Assembly: GCA_964394565.1 (NCBI GenBank)
Contig: CAYMYA010000002.1
Coordinates: 38,238 to 93,167 of the forward strand
Reading direction: 5' to 3'
Source of the DNA: an uncultured Gammaproteobacteria bacterium
GTDB taxonomy: Bacteria; Patescibacteriota; Patescibacteriia; UBA9934
DNA length: 54,930 bases
The notes under the pieces: model-generated
Database searches by the model: none
Told to the model about the DNA's origin: nothing
What the model saw: only the letters and a program-made list of their open reading frames with translations
Translations under genes and position numbers: made by a program
Shown here: positions 21,109 through 28,705 of the stretch, in pieces
Numbering within the stretch: position 1 is the first letter of the stretch
How the letters are laid out: each line of letters starts with the position of its first letter

Positions 21109-22094
21109 ATGCTCCCAAGAAAAGATTCTGCGGCGCGCACGGCTTCTTGCGCGCTCTTTACCCACAGTATACGCGAATCCCGCCGAAACCATGTTTCTTG
21201 TCGTTTCGCGTAGTGATGTGTGTCGTACTTGATGCGTTTCACTGTGTCACGCAATGACTCTTTCTTCGCGAAAAAATCAGCGATCTGGCGATAGCCGATT
21301 CCGGTCATCGCTTGCGATTCCGGTCCGTACTGCTCCAGAAGCTTCCGCGCTTCGTCGACGAGGCCGTGACCGATCATTTCGTCCACGCGCTGATCGATGC
21401 GGGCGTAGAGTTCCTCTCGTGGAACATCAATACCAATCTGAAACGCGTCGTACATCGGCTCGCCAAATTCCTGATGTTCCGCGAGCGTTCCCCCGGTTGT
21501 TCGGAGAATTTCGAGGGCACGCACCAGGCGTCGGCGGTTTCGATCATCGATCGAGGCTGCAGCATCTGGATCTCGCGTCGCAATCTCCTCGAGCACATCA
21601 TTATCACTCATCGCATCGAGTTCGGCTCGCAACGCAGCGTCCGGTGCCGCTCCTGCAAAGTTTGGCCGATCAAGAATCGCACGGATGTACAAGCCGGTAC
21701 CGCCGACGACGATCGGCACGTGGCCGCGTTCAAGAATCTCGGCGATTTTTTTATCCGCGTATTCCTGATATTGTGAAACCGTAAACGACTCGTCTGGGTC
21801 GACGAGATCAAATCCCCAATGCGGAATGGATTCCACCAGGCGGGGGCGATCCGAAAAAAGAACATCGATGTCCATCGAGCCTGCGACGCCCCCTCCAACT
21901 CCCCCTTGGTACAGTAGAGAACGTTCATCTGAAGCTGGCTTCGCCGTCCCAATATCCATTCCTCGATACACCGTCCGACTGTCCGCGGCCAAAATTTCTC
22001 CCCCAACCCGCCGAGCAACCTCAAGGCCGATTCCGGTTTTCCCAGAGCACGTCGGGCCACAAATCACCACAATTTTCGGCAGATTTTGAATCAT
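21105..22094 (-). CDS. miaA: tRNA dimethylallyltransferase.
   Basis: IVVICGPTCSGKTGIGLEVA (P-loop), ..ADSRTVYRGMDIGTAKP... TAGAAT lies 8 nt upstream of the ATG. Confidence 0.95.
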   Translation of the reverse strand: MIQNLPKIVVICGPTCSGKTGIGLEVARRVGGEILAADSRTVYRGMDIGTAKPASDERSLLYQGGVGGGVAGSMDIDVLFSDRPRLVESIPHWGFDLVDPDESFTVSQYQEYADKKIAEILERGHVPIVVGGTGLYIRAILDRPNFAGAAPDAALRAELDAMSDNDVLEEIATRDPDAAASIDDRNRRRLVRALEILRTTGGTLAEHQEFGEPMYDAFQIGIDVPREELYARIDQRVDEMIGHGLVDEARKLLEQYGPESQAMTGIGYRQIADFFAKKESLRDTVKRIKYDTHHYAKRQETWFRRDSRILWVKSAQEAVRAAESFLGSI

Positions 22095-22234
22095 ACTGCG
22101 TTATTCTATCACTTTCAGCGCAGATACTCCACGTATATAGGCCTTGTGCGATATACTTTTTTCTGCTAATGTCAGCTGTTTCTCTACGTCAACCTCGACG
22201 CCGAGATTCACCCCCCCTGAACCCGGGAGTTCCC

Positions 22235-22756
22235 GTGTCCGAACCTGCCCTTCGTCTCATCCACGGTGGCCGACCCGCCGACCCCCCGTGCGCCCACACC
22301 CCCCACGTCGCCGCCATGGCCGAGAGTCGCAACCCGGCCGGATGCACCGCGCAGCCCTACTGGTGGCGCTGGGCCGTCATCCAGTGCCTCCGCCACGGAA
22401 ACTGGCTCTTCCCGCTCCCGCCCCTGTGGGCCGGTCACCGCATCCTCCGCGCCCTCCGCTCATGGAGCATCCGCCGCGCGATGCAAGCCATGAAAGGCGA
22501 GCTCGGCTGGGATGGCACCGAGAACTTCAACTTCATCGCGGCGTTCGTCCGCGTGGAGGCAGGACGACGTCGGGATCCCAGGTTCCGCGCCACGTGCGAA
22601 CACGCGCTCCGGATTGGACGGATCACCATCCTCGGCCTCCCTGTGATCCTCGACGACGAGATCGACGATCAGGGGCAGAACGCCTTCATCCGCCACTTCG
22701 CCTGGACGGTGAGCCGCACGCGCGAGCACCCGCTCGCACGGCGCCTGAAGCCCTGA
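22235..22756 (+). CDS. High-GC orphan protein (173 aa from the GTG; 195 aa if the ATG at 22169 is used).
   Basis: The frame has almost exclusively G/C third positions. GGGAG (22225-22229) sits 5 nt before the GTG at 22235. A 14-bp hairpin follows. The overlapping Pro/Arg-rich ORF 22144..22842 is an alternative-frame artefact. Confidence 0.6.
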   Translation: MSEPALRLIHGGRPADPPCAHTPHVAAMAESRNPAGCTAQPYWWRWAVIQCLRHGNWLFPLPPLWAGHRILRALRSWSIRRAMQAMKGELGWDGTENFNFIAAFVRVEAGRRRDPRFRATCEHALRIGRITILGLPVILDDEIDDQGQNAFIRHFAWTVSRTREHPLARRLKP

Positions 22757-22788
22757 TGGGCGAGCCCCACACCCCGGCACCACGACGA

Positions 22789-22820
22789 GAGCCCCGATGT
22801 CCGCAAGGATGTCGGGGCTC
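22789..22820 (+). terminator. GC-rich hairpin after the high-GC orphan.
   Basis: GAGCCCCGATGTCC-GCAA-GGATGTCGGGGCTC forms a 14-bp stem with two G-U pairs. The T-tract is weak. Confidence 0.5.
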
Positions 22821-22900
22821 CTGCGCTTGTTATCCACCTTAATTGCAGAAAACTCAGCCAAAAATTGATACACTATACGTGTATTTAATTTTGAACACGT

Positions 22901-24616
22901 ATGCCGCTCCAATCACGAAGTGAAGAACTCATGGCTCGCATTCCAAGGGCAGAACGCGCGCCAGTCATGCCAGTATCGCCGGAAGAAGAACCAGAAGTTG
23001 AATCGTTTAACGAGCGAGGAGAACGCATTCTTCAAGAGGCAGCAGCTCGCGTAAGCGCAACATGGACCGGACTCCGTTCCCGTCTCTCTTCGTTTGGAGA
23101 TCGATTACTCGGCGCAACAAAAACTGGCATCGGAGCGAGCGCTTCGGGACTTGAAACTGGCGCAACGATCGCCGGGCGAACAGCAGGAGGAGTACTGGAT
23201 GTCGTAAAAGCGACCCCAACAATGGCTAAAGGCCTTAGAGAGCATCTTGGGCGTGAAGTATCCGAAATGAGTGCTACATATCACGACATGATCCGCCCGC
23301 GTGAAGCTGCGGACATGGAGGCCGTTAGTGATCTTGATTTGCGTATTCAAAGGATTAAAGACGTCATGGCCGGAATCAAGTTAGAATCAGCTCGCGATGG
23401 GCTTGTTCAGGAAATCTATCGCCTTGAAGATGAGAAGGCTAAGCTCCTTGATACCCCTCGCTACACTCGCGGATCAAAGGCTGCTGCAGAAGCGCTCGTC
23501 GCAACAAAAGCCGGCTTACGGAGAGGCGCAGGAGCGGTTGGAACTGGACTCGCCACTGGCGCCATGGGTGTCGCTGCGCTCGGCATGGAGGCCGCAAGTG
23601 GCATCGCAGAAGGTGGCCGCTGGGTTGGTGAAAAAGTCGGAGAAATGCGTGAGGAGCGACGCTTGGAGCAAGAAGAACGTCGCATTGAGCATGAAGAAGC
23701 ATGTGTTGCGCGAGCAGAACTCTTCCTCATGGACGCCGCAGAGGCATCTGGCGAACCGGTACAGAAGCTCTCGCGAGAACAGCTTTTCGTTCTTGGCACG
23801 AAGCTTGAAGAATCACTGGCACGTCGCATTGCCGGAGGAGTCAAAGAACTTGGAAAAGCAGTGTTATTCGTCGACGATGTTGTTGATATCGGAAGAAATC
23901 TCAAGACTGGTGCACTCGACTTCGCAGCATTCGCTCGAAGCCCAAAAGATCGTGCATGGCTCATGAGTGAACTTCAATCTGCCGGTGTTGAAATCCCGAG
24001 AGCTCTTTTGGGCGCCGGAAAAACTGTTGGAAGTAAACTCATCGTTGACCCGGCGATCCGTGGTCGCAAAGCGGTCGGACGTCTCGGAGCGAAGGCGGTA
24101 GCAGTCGGCGCAGGTTTAGCAATTGCCGGCGTCGAAGCGGCGGCAAACAGCGGCCCAGCACGCGCAGCGCAGGAGGCTGCAATTGCAAAATGGCAGGAGC
24201 ATGGACCGGCAATCGAACAGGGATTCGCAAGTGGCGTAACCTCCCTCAACAAGTTTGCTGAAAATGCACTCGACGTACCAGATGGAATGAATCGTGCGGC
24301 AAACGAACTGGGATCGCAGTTGAATACCGAGGCAACGAAGGCCTTCGGATTCTTTGATCGCATGCGGAAATTGGTCGACAGTGCCGTCGCGGTTGCGCAA
24401 CGCAAGTGGAATGAATTCATGCTTGAAGTTGCCCAGGGAGCCGCAAAGACTGAAAATCCAGAACTTGTCGCACAAATTAGCGACGCAGTTGAAGCACTTG
24501 AAGCTGTTGAAGCAGAGGAAGCTCGTCCAACAAGCAGCCTTGATGCGCCTCCTGTGTCTCGGACTGCGTTGCGACGGCCACGACCACAAACGATTCGTCC
24601 GACAACCGCTTCTTAA
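22901..24616 (+). CDS. Large Ala/Gly/Glu/Arg-rich hypothetical protein (571 aa).
   Basis: Long clean ORF with host-like composition. Predicted helical/coiled segments and two Gly/Ala-rich hydrophobic stretches (GAVGTGLATGAMGVAALGMEAASGIA and AVAVGAGLAIAGVEAAA). No family recognised. Confidence 0.7.
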   Translation: MPLQSRSEELMARIPRAERAPVMPVSPEEEPEVESFNERGERILQEAAARVSATWTGLRSRLSSFGDRLLGATKTGIGASASGLETGATIAGRTAGGVLDVVKATPTMAKGLREHLGREVSEMSATYHDMIRPREAADMEAVSDLDLRIQRIKDVMAGIKLESARDGLVQEIYRLEDEKAKLLDTPRYTRGSKAAAEALVATKAGLRRGAGAVGTGLATGAMGVAALGMEAASGIAEGGRWVGEKVGEMREERRLEQEERRIEHEEACVARAELFLMDAAEASGEPVQKLSREQLFVLGTKLEESLARRIAGGVKELGKAVLFVDDVVDIGRNLKTGALDFAAFARSPKDRAWLMSELQSAGVEIPRALLGAGKTVGSKLIVDPAIRGRKAVGRLGAKAVAVGAGLAIAGVEAAANSGPARAAQEAAIAKWQEHGPAIEQGFASGVTSLNKFAENALDVPDGMNRAANELGSQLNTEATKAFGFFDRMRKLVDSAVAVAQRKWNEFMLEVAQGAAKTENPELVAQISDAVEALEAVEAEEARPTSSLDAPPVSRTALRRPRPQTIRPTTAS

Positions 24617-24625
24617 TTCCGTCCT

Positions 24626-24979
24626 ATGTCTCTACAGACCATTATCATCAACTCACCGCTCGAGAAAAAGGATAAAGACGCATTGCTCAAACGGCTTGAA
24701 ACCGAAGGAGCGAGCGAATCCGTACTCGCAGACATCAAGTCCGCGCTTCAAGGGTTCATTGATTCTGGGTTTAAGGAACTTGGAGTCGCCGCGGACATGA
24801 ATGATCCGCGAGCAAAGGCGATTCAAACCGAATTTGATGAGCAGGTTGCACAAGCACAAGCGGAATACGAAGAGGAAATGGAAAACCTCAACATCGACGC
24901 TGCTGTTGCACAAGCAAAGGCGAATAAAGCACTTGACGCGGTGCAGACAGATGCAATTAAAGCAGGTCTCGCGGCGTAA
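24626..24979 (+). CDS. Small acidic helical hypothetical protein (117 aa).
   Basis: Starts 9 nt after the 571-aa ORF. A very strong terminator follows. Confidence 0.6.
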   Translation: MSLQTIIINSPLEKKDKDALLKRLETEGASESVLADIKSALQGFIDSGFKELGVAADMNDPRAKAIQTEFDEQVAQAQAEYEEEMENLNIDAAVAQAKANKALDAVQTDAIKAGLAA

Positions 24980-25028
24980 ACAACAATAAAACACCGCGCC
25001 GAATTGGCGCGGTGTTTTATTGTTGTTT
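24978..25028. terminator. Bidirectional intrinsic terminator between the convergent 24626..24979 gene and thrS.
   Basis: AAACAACAATAAAACACCGCGCC-GAATT-GGCGCGGTGTTTTATTGTTGTTT forms a perfect 23-bp stem with A/T runs on both sides. Confidence 0.85.
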
Positions 25029-25029
25029 A

Positions 25030-26772
25030 TTACACCGGCAACTTCCCTGCTTCGACTGCACGGGTAATGAGATCGGATTGTGGAATGACGAGCGCATCGT
25101 CCGAGCCAAATACCTTTACCTGAATGTCGCCACCGTCGCGCTCCTTAGCGCCAACCACGATGGTCCAAGGCACTTTGTTCATTGCGGCGTCGCGAATCTT
25201 CTTCCCCACCTTCTCTGCAGAATCATCGAGCGCCACACGGAGCCCAGCGGCCTCGAGTGAATCCTTCATCGCCTTTGCCGCATCCAGATACTCATCGGCG
25301 ACCGTTGCTACACGAATCTGCTCTGGTGCGAGCCACATTGGGAAGGCCCCGGCAAAGTGCTCAATCATGACGCCAATGAACCGCTCAAGCGAACCAAGAA
25401 TGGCGCGGTGGATCATCACCGGCCGCTGACGGCCGTTCTCTGCATCCACGTATTCGAGCTCGAATCGTTCCGGAAGATTAAAGTCGAGCTGAATTGTCGC
25501 CAACTGCCATTCGCGACCAATCGCATCCGTCGCAATAAAGTCGATTTTTGGCCCATAAAACGCTGCCTCACCAACACCAAGGAAATATTCTTGACCCATG
25601 TCAGCGAGCAATTCCTTCAACGTCCCAACTGCCCTTTCCCACACCTCTGCCCCACCAAGATACGCTTCCGGCTTTTCGGGATCGTTCACCGAAAGCCGCG
25701 CCTTCAACGGCATGCCGAATGCTTCGTAGAATTTCGCAATAATGTTCGCGATCGCGCGCGCCTCGTCCTTCACTTGATCGAGGCGGCAAAACACGTGCGC
25801 GTCGTCCTGCGTAATCGAGCGAACGCGAGAAAGCCCTTGCAGCTGACCCGTGTTCTCATCGCGGTACACCGTCGTCACTTCACTGTATCGGAGTGGGAGA
25901 TCACGATAGCTCCGTCCACGAGATGCATAGATCTGCGTGTGGTGCGGACAGTTCATCGGCTTGAGGACGAATGCGTCGTCCGTTTTTTTGCTCGATACGT
26001 GGAAAATATCGTCTGCAAATTTATCCCAGTGCCCGCTTGTTTTGTACAAATCGCTCTTTGCCATGTGCGGAATACTCACTTTCGTATAGCCGTACGGCTT
26101 CATGAGCGCCCACACAAACGCCACGAGTTGCTCCCGCAACACGGTTCCGCGCGGTGTAAAAAGCGGAAGCCCAGGGCCGACGAGTGACGAGAACGTAAAC
26201 AAATCCAACTCCACGCCAAGCTTCCGATGATCGCGCTTTTTCGCTTCCTCAAGCATCGCAATATGCGCGTCGTGCTCCGCCTTGGTTGCGAATGCCACGC
26301 CGTAGATGCGCGTCAACATGTCGTTGTGCTCGTCGCCACGCCAGTACGCTCCAGCGACCTTTGAAAGCGAGAAACTGCCAGGATCGAGGTCAGCGATACC
26401 ATCGGAATGCCCGCCACGGCAAAGGTCGCAGTAATTTCCGGAGGTGTAGAGCGTCAACGTTTGACCATCACCAGCAAACTCATCGATGAGTTCGATCTTG
26501 TATTTGTTATCCACAAACATCGATCGCGCTTCGTCCGCCGTTACTTCCTTGCGATCAAATTTCGTCCACGACGGCATCAACTCACGCATCTTTGCCTCAA
26601 TCTTCGGGAGATCTTCCTCCGAGATCGGCGACGAGAACGCGAAGTCGTAATAGAAACCATCGTCGATTGCAGGACCGATCGTACGCTTCGCATCTGGGTA
26701 AATTTCGAGGACTGCTGCGGCGAGCAAATGAGCCAAGGAATGGCGTAGATGCTGGAGTTCTTCTGGAGACAT
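25030..26772 (-). CDS. thrS: Threonine--tRNA ligase lacking the N-terminal TGS domain.
   Basis: ORF 25030..26847 is trimmed to M26 (MSPEELQHLRHSLAHLLAAAV.., the HxxxH of the editing domain). It contains ..DHRKLGVELDLFTF.., class II motifs and an anticodon-binding C-terminus. Confidence 0.95.
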   Translation of the reverse strand: MSPEELQHLRHSLAHLLAAAVLEIYPDAKRTIGPAIDDGFYYDFAFSSPISEEDLPKIEAKMRELMPSWTKFDRKEVTADEARSMFVDNKYKIELIDEFAGDGQTLTLYTSGNYCDLCRGGHSDGIADLDPGSFSLSKVAGAYWRGDEHNDMLTRIYGVAFATKAEHDAHIAMLEEAKKRDHRKLGVELDLFTFSSLVGPGLPLFTPRGTVLREQLVAFVWALMKPYGYTKVSIPHMAKSDLYKTSGHWDKFADDIFHVSSKKTDDAFVLKPMNCPHHTQIYASRGRSYRDLPLRYSEVTTVYRDENTGQLQGLSRVRSITQDDAHVFCRLDQVKDEARAIANIIAKFYEAFGMPLKARLSVNDPEKPEAYLGGAEVWERAVGTLKELLADMGQEYFLGVGEAAFYGPKIDFIATDAIGREWQLATIQLDFNLPERFELEYVDAENGRQRPVMIHRAILGSLERFIGVMIEHFAGAFPMWLAPEQIRVATVADEYLDAAKAMKDSLEAAGLRVALDDSAEKVGKKIRDAAMNKVPWTIVVGAKERDGGDIQVKVFGSDDALVIPQSDLITRAVEAGKLPV

Positions 26773-26781
26773 AAAGTGGGA

Positions 26782-26925
26782 TAAAAAAATCCGACGCACC
26801 GCGAAATGCGGCAACGTCGGGCCCCGAGTCGGTTCGGGGGGTTCCACCCAACTTCCTCAAACATTTGAGGCGCTTTTCTCAATTTGTATCCGCTCACGGG
26901 TTGGTAGCCCGATCACCACGAATAT
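26782..26925 (-). promoter_or_regulatory. T-box riboswitch leader (Thr, ACC specifier) with antiterminator/terminator switch.
   Basis: Minus-strand RNA elements: CGGG-CUACCAA-CCCG (26897-26911), CCUCAA-AUGU-UUGAGG, GUUGGG-UGGAACC-CCCCGA-ACCGAC-UCGGGG-CCCGAC (26816-26852) and CCGACG...CGUCGG plus U7 (26783-26820). GGGUGGAACC matches the T-box consensus GGGUGGNACC. Confidence 0.78.
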
Positions 26926-26961
26926 GCACACTATACCCAAGCACCCAAACGGGAGCAAGTC

Positions 26962-28119
26962 CTATTCCTCGGTTTTAATCACAATGGAAATGTGATCCTT
27001 CAACGTTGGCACACGTTCCAGCCAGAATGGAGTGAAGCTGACAGAAGCGTCTTTTACTGCGTCGGATGCCCGCAAGAGCGTGAGCACCTCATTAGGCGCG
27101 CGGCCAACGAACCGATCTTTGCTCAACACTTGCGATGATTCTGAAATAATCGCCTCTCCCTCCAAATACACCCCTAATGTCGCAGTGCCTTTTTGCACAT
27201 CCGCATCCTTCACCGTCATCTGCACGGCATCTGTAGAAACGCCGTCGACGGCATAGCCTTCCGGCACACGAGCATACAGTTGGGAAAGTGCGTACCGTTT
27301 CACCGCATTCGCGTCGTAATACACCGCCGTCACATCAATGGCGAGCGTAACGGTGAAGCTTCCCGTTTCCGTGCCCACCGCAGCGCTCGCGCCCTGTGAT
27401 TTCACCTTCATGGTATACGAATCCCCGGTAAAGACCGTACGATCGATTTCTGCTGACATGATGGACTTCGCTTCGCTAAACAGCGCGTTCGATACTGAGG
27501 ACACTGCGTCGTCGATATCCTTTTGCGACAGCACGCGAGTGTAGGAAATACCCCCCTTCATGGAGTCTACGCTCACCGCGTAAATAGTTTTTTGCATGGA
27601 TTCTGGCAACCCAGGAATCGTGAACTGCGTTGGCCCGATTTCCCCTGCGAGCCCCGGAACATCCGCGTGCACCACCACATCCTTCTGCCCCTTTGCGGGA
27701 ATATTTACCGAAGCATCAATACGGAAGAGCACTCCATCTTTCGAGAGCAATCGCGTCGTAGCAACAAGGGTTTGCGCGGCGTTGGATTCGTTAATAATCG
27801 TCACGGTTCCGCCAGCTTTTTCCTCCGTTGGCGTTGCGCCGTCTTCTGGCAACTGAATCACCTCCTGGGTTTCAAAGGATTGCATGCGCACAATACCGGA
27901 CAACTGCCCATCTTCCGTGGGATTCGCGACGGCATCCACCACCGTATCCACCGCAACGACCCGCGGGTTCGCAATCACAGTGATTGTTGCTCGGGAAACC
28001 GAAAGGTACAGCACGGCAAGCAGCAAGAAAAACGTCATGAACACAAAGGCCACCGCAATGCGTTGGTACACCTTTAACGAACGCGACAGTGGTTGTCCAC
28101 CACGAGGTTCTTTGACCAT
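26962..28119 (-). CDS. Hypothetical single-pass membrane protein (385 aa).
   Basis: ORF 26962..28230 is trimmed to M38 (MVKEPRGG..). One TM (IAVAFVFMTFFLLLAVLYLSV) and then a beta-rich ectodomain. TGCTATACT (extended -10) lies 8 nt upstream of this ATG. Confidence 0.65.
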   Translation of the reverse strand: MVKEPRGGQPLSRSLKVYQRIAVAFVFMTFFLLLAVLYLSVSRATITVIANPRVVAVDTVVDAVANPTEDGQLSGIVRMQSFETQEVIQLPEDGATPTEEKAGGTVTIINESNAAQTLVATTRLLSKDGVLFRIDASVNIPAKGQKDVVVHADVPGLAGEIGPTQFTIPGLPESMQKTIYAVSVDSMKGGISYTRVLSQKDIDDAVSSVSNALFSEAKSIMSAEIDRTVFTGDSYTMKVKSQGASAAVGTETGSFTVTLAIDVTAVYYDANAVKRYALSQLYARVPEGYAVDGVSTDAVQMTVKDADVQKGTATLGVYLEGEAIISESSQVLSKDRFVGRAPNEVLTLLRASDAVKDASVSFTPFWLERVPTLKDHISIVIKTEE

Positions 28120-28189
28120 ACGCACAAAGTATAGCACCATCGCTCTGGGATATTTCAAGCACATCGCCTTGAACCCAGGAGACAGACTC

Positions 28190-28654
28190 ATGCGTAGGGC
28201 TTCGTTCGCTGACCTCAGGCCCGCCCTCACCGCTCAGCCCTGGATACAGGTCCAGGTCTATGGCGTGTTGCCCGGATACGCCGTTCGGCTCCACATGGCC
28301 GGGCGCGTATGCGCCGTGGAGATCGCTGATTTTGGTCGACAAGTCTGCGTCAGATGCTCGGAGGCGTTCGCCGCGACCAGTCGCGAAGATTGGCAGGAAG
28401 CGGCACACGACTGGAGCATCGCGACTGGCTGCCTCCGCATGCAGCCGATCGGGGCACACCGCCTCGCGCTGATCGTGCCGGGGAAAGGGGAAACCACCGT
28501 CACCGTGCTCTTCGGGGCGAACGATGACGGCACGGCCATCCTGACGTCTTCAGGGTTCTCCCTGGAGCCCGTCGACCTCGCGCGCATCGCGGAAGGGCTC
28601 CGGCCTCCCGAATGGGAGCCGCAGCAGCAGCAACGACGGCGACGCTTCGGCTGA
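28190..28654 (+). CDS. High-GC orphan protein (154 aa, soluble).
   Basis: ATG inside ORF 27884..28654. AGGAG (28177-28181) sits 8 nt upstream. Third codon positions are mostly G/C. An 11-bp hairpin follows. No family recognised. Confidence 0.65.
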   Translation: MRRASFADLRPALTAQPWIQVQVYGVLPGYAVRLHMAGRVCAVEIADFGRQVCVRCSEAFAATSREDWQEAAHDWSIATGCLRMQPIGAHRLALIVPGKGETTVTVLFGANDDGTAILTSSGFSLEPVDLARIAEGLRPPEWEPQQQQRRRRFG

Positions 28655-28667
28655 CGCACGACAACGG

Positions 28668-28705
28668 CACCCTCGCTCCGCACGGAGAGCGAGGGTGTTG
28701 TGCTT
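28668..28705. terminator. Hairpin between the convergent high-GC orphan and dnaE.
   Basis: CACCCTCGCTC-(8 nt)-GAGCGAGGGTG followed by TTGTGCTTTT. The dnaE stop is at 28706. Confidence 0.6.

Noticed and set aside
22144-22842. 232-aa Pro/Arg-rich ORF, together with the minus-strand ORFs 22460..22912 and 22208..22438.
   Set aside because: They are alternative frames of a very GC-rich segment. Only the 22169/22235 frame shows the G/C third-position periodicity of real coding sequence.
27872-28683. Minus-strand ORFs 27872..28459 and 28258..28683, and the long N-terminal part of ORF 27884..28654.
   Set aside because: They are shadow frames over the 26962..28119 gene and over the high-GC orphan. 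The plus-frame ORF only becomes credible from the ATG at 28190, which has an AGGAG upstream.
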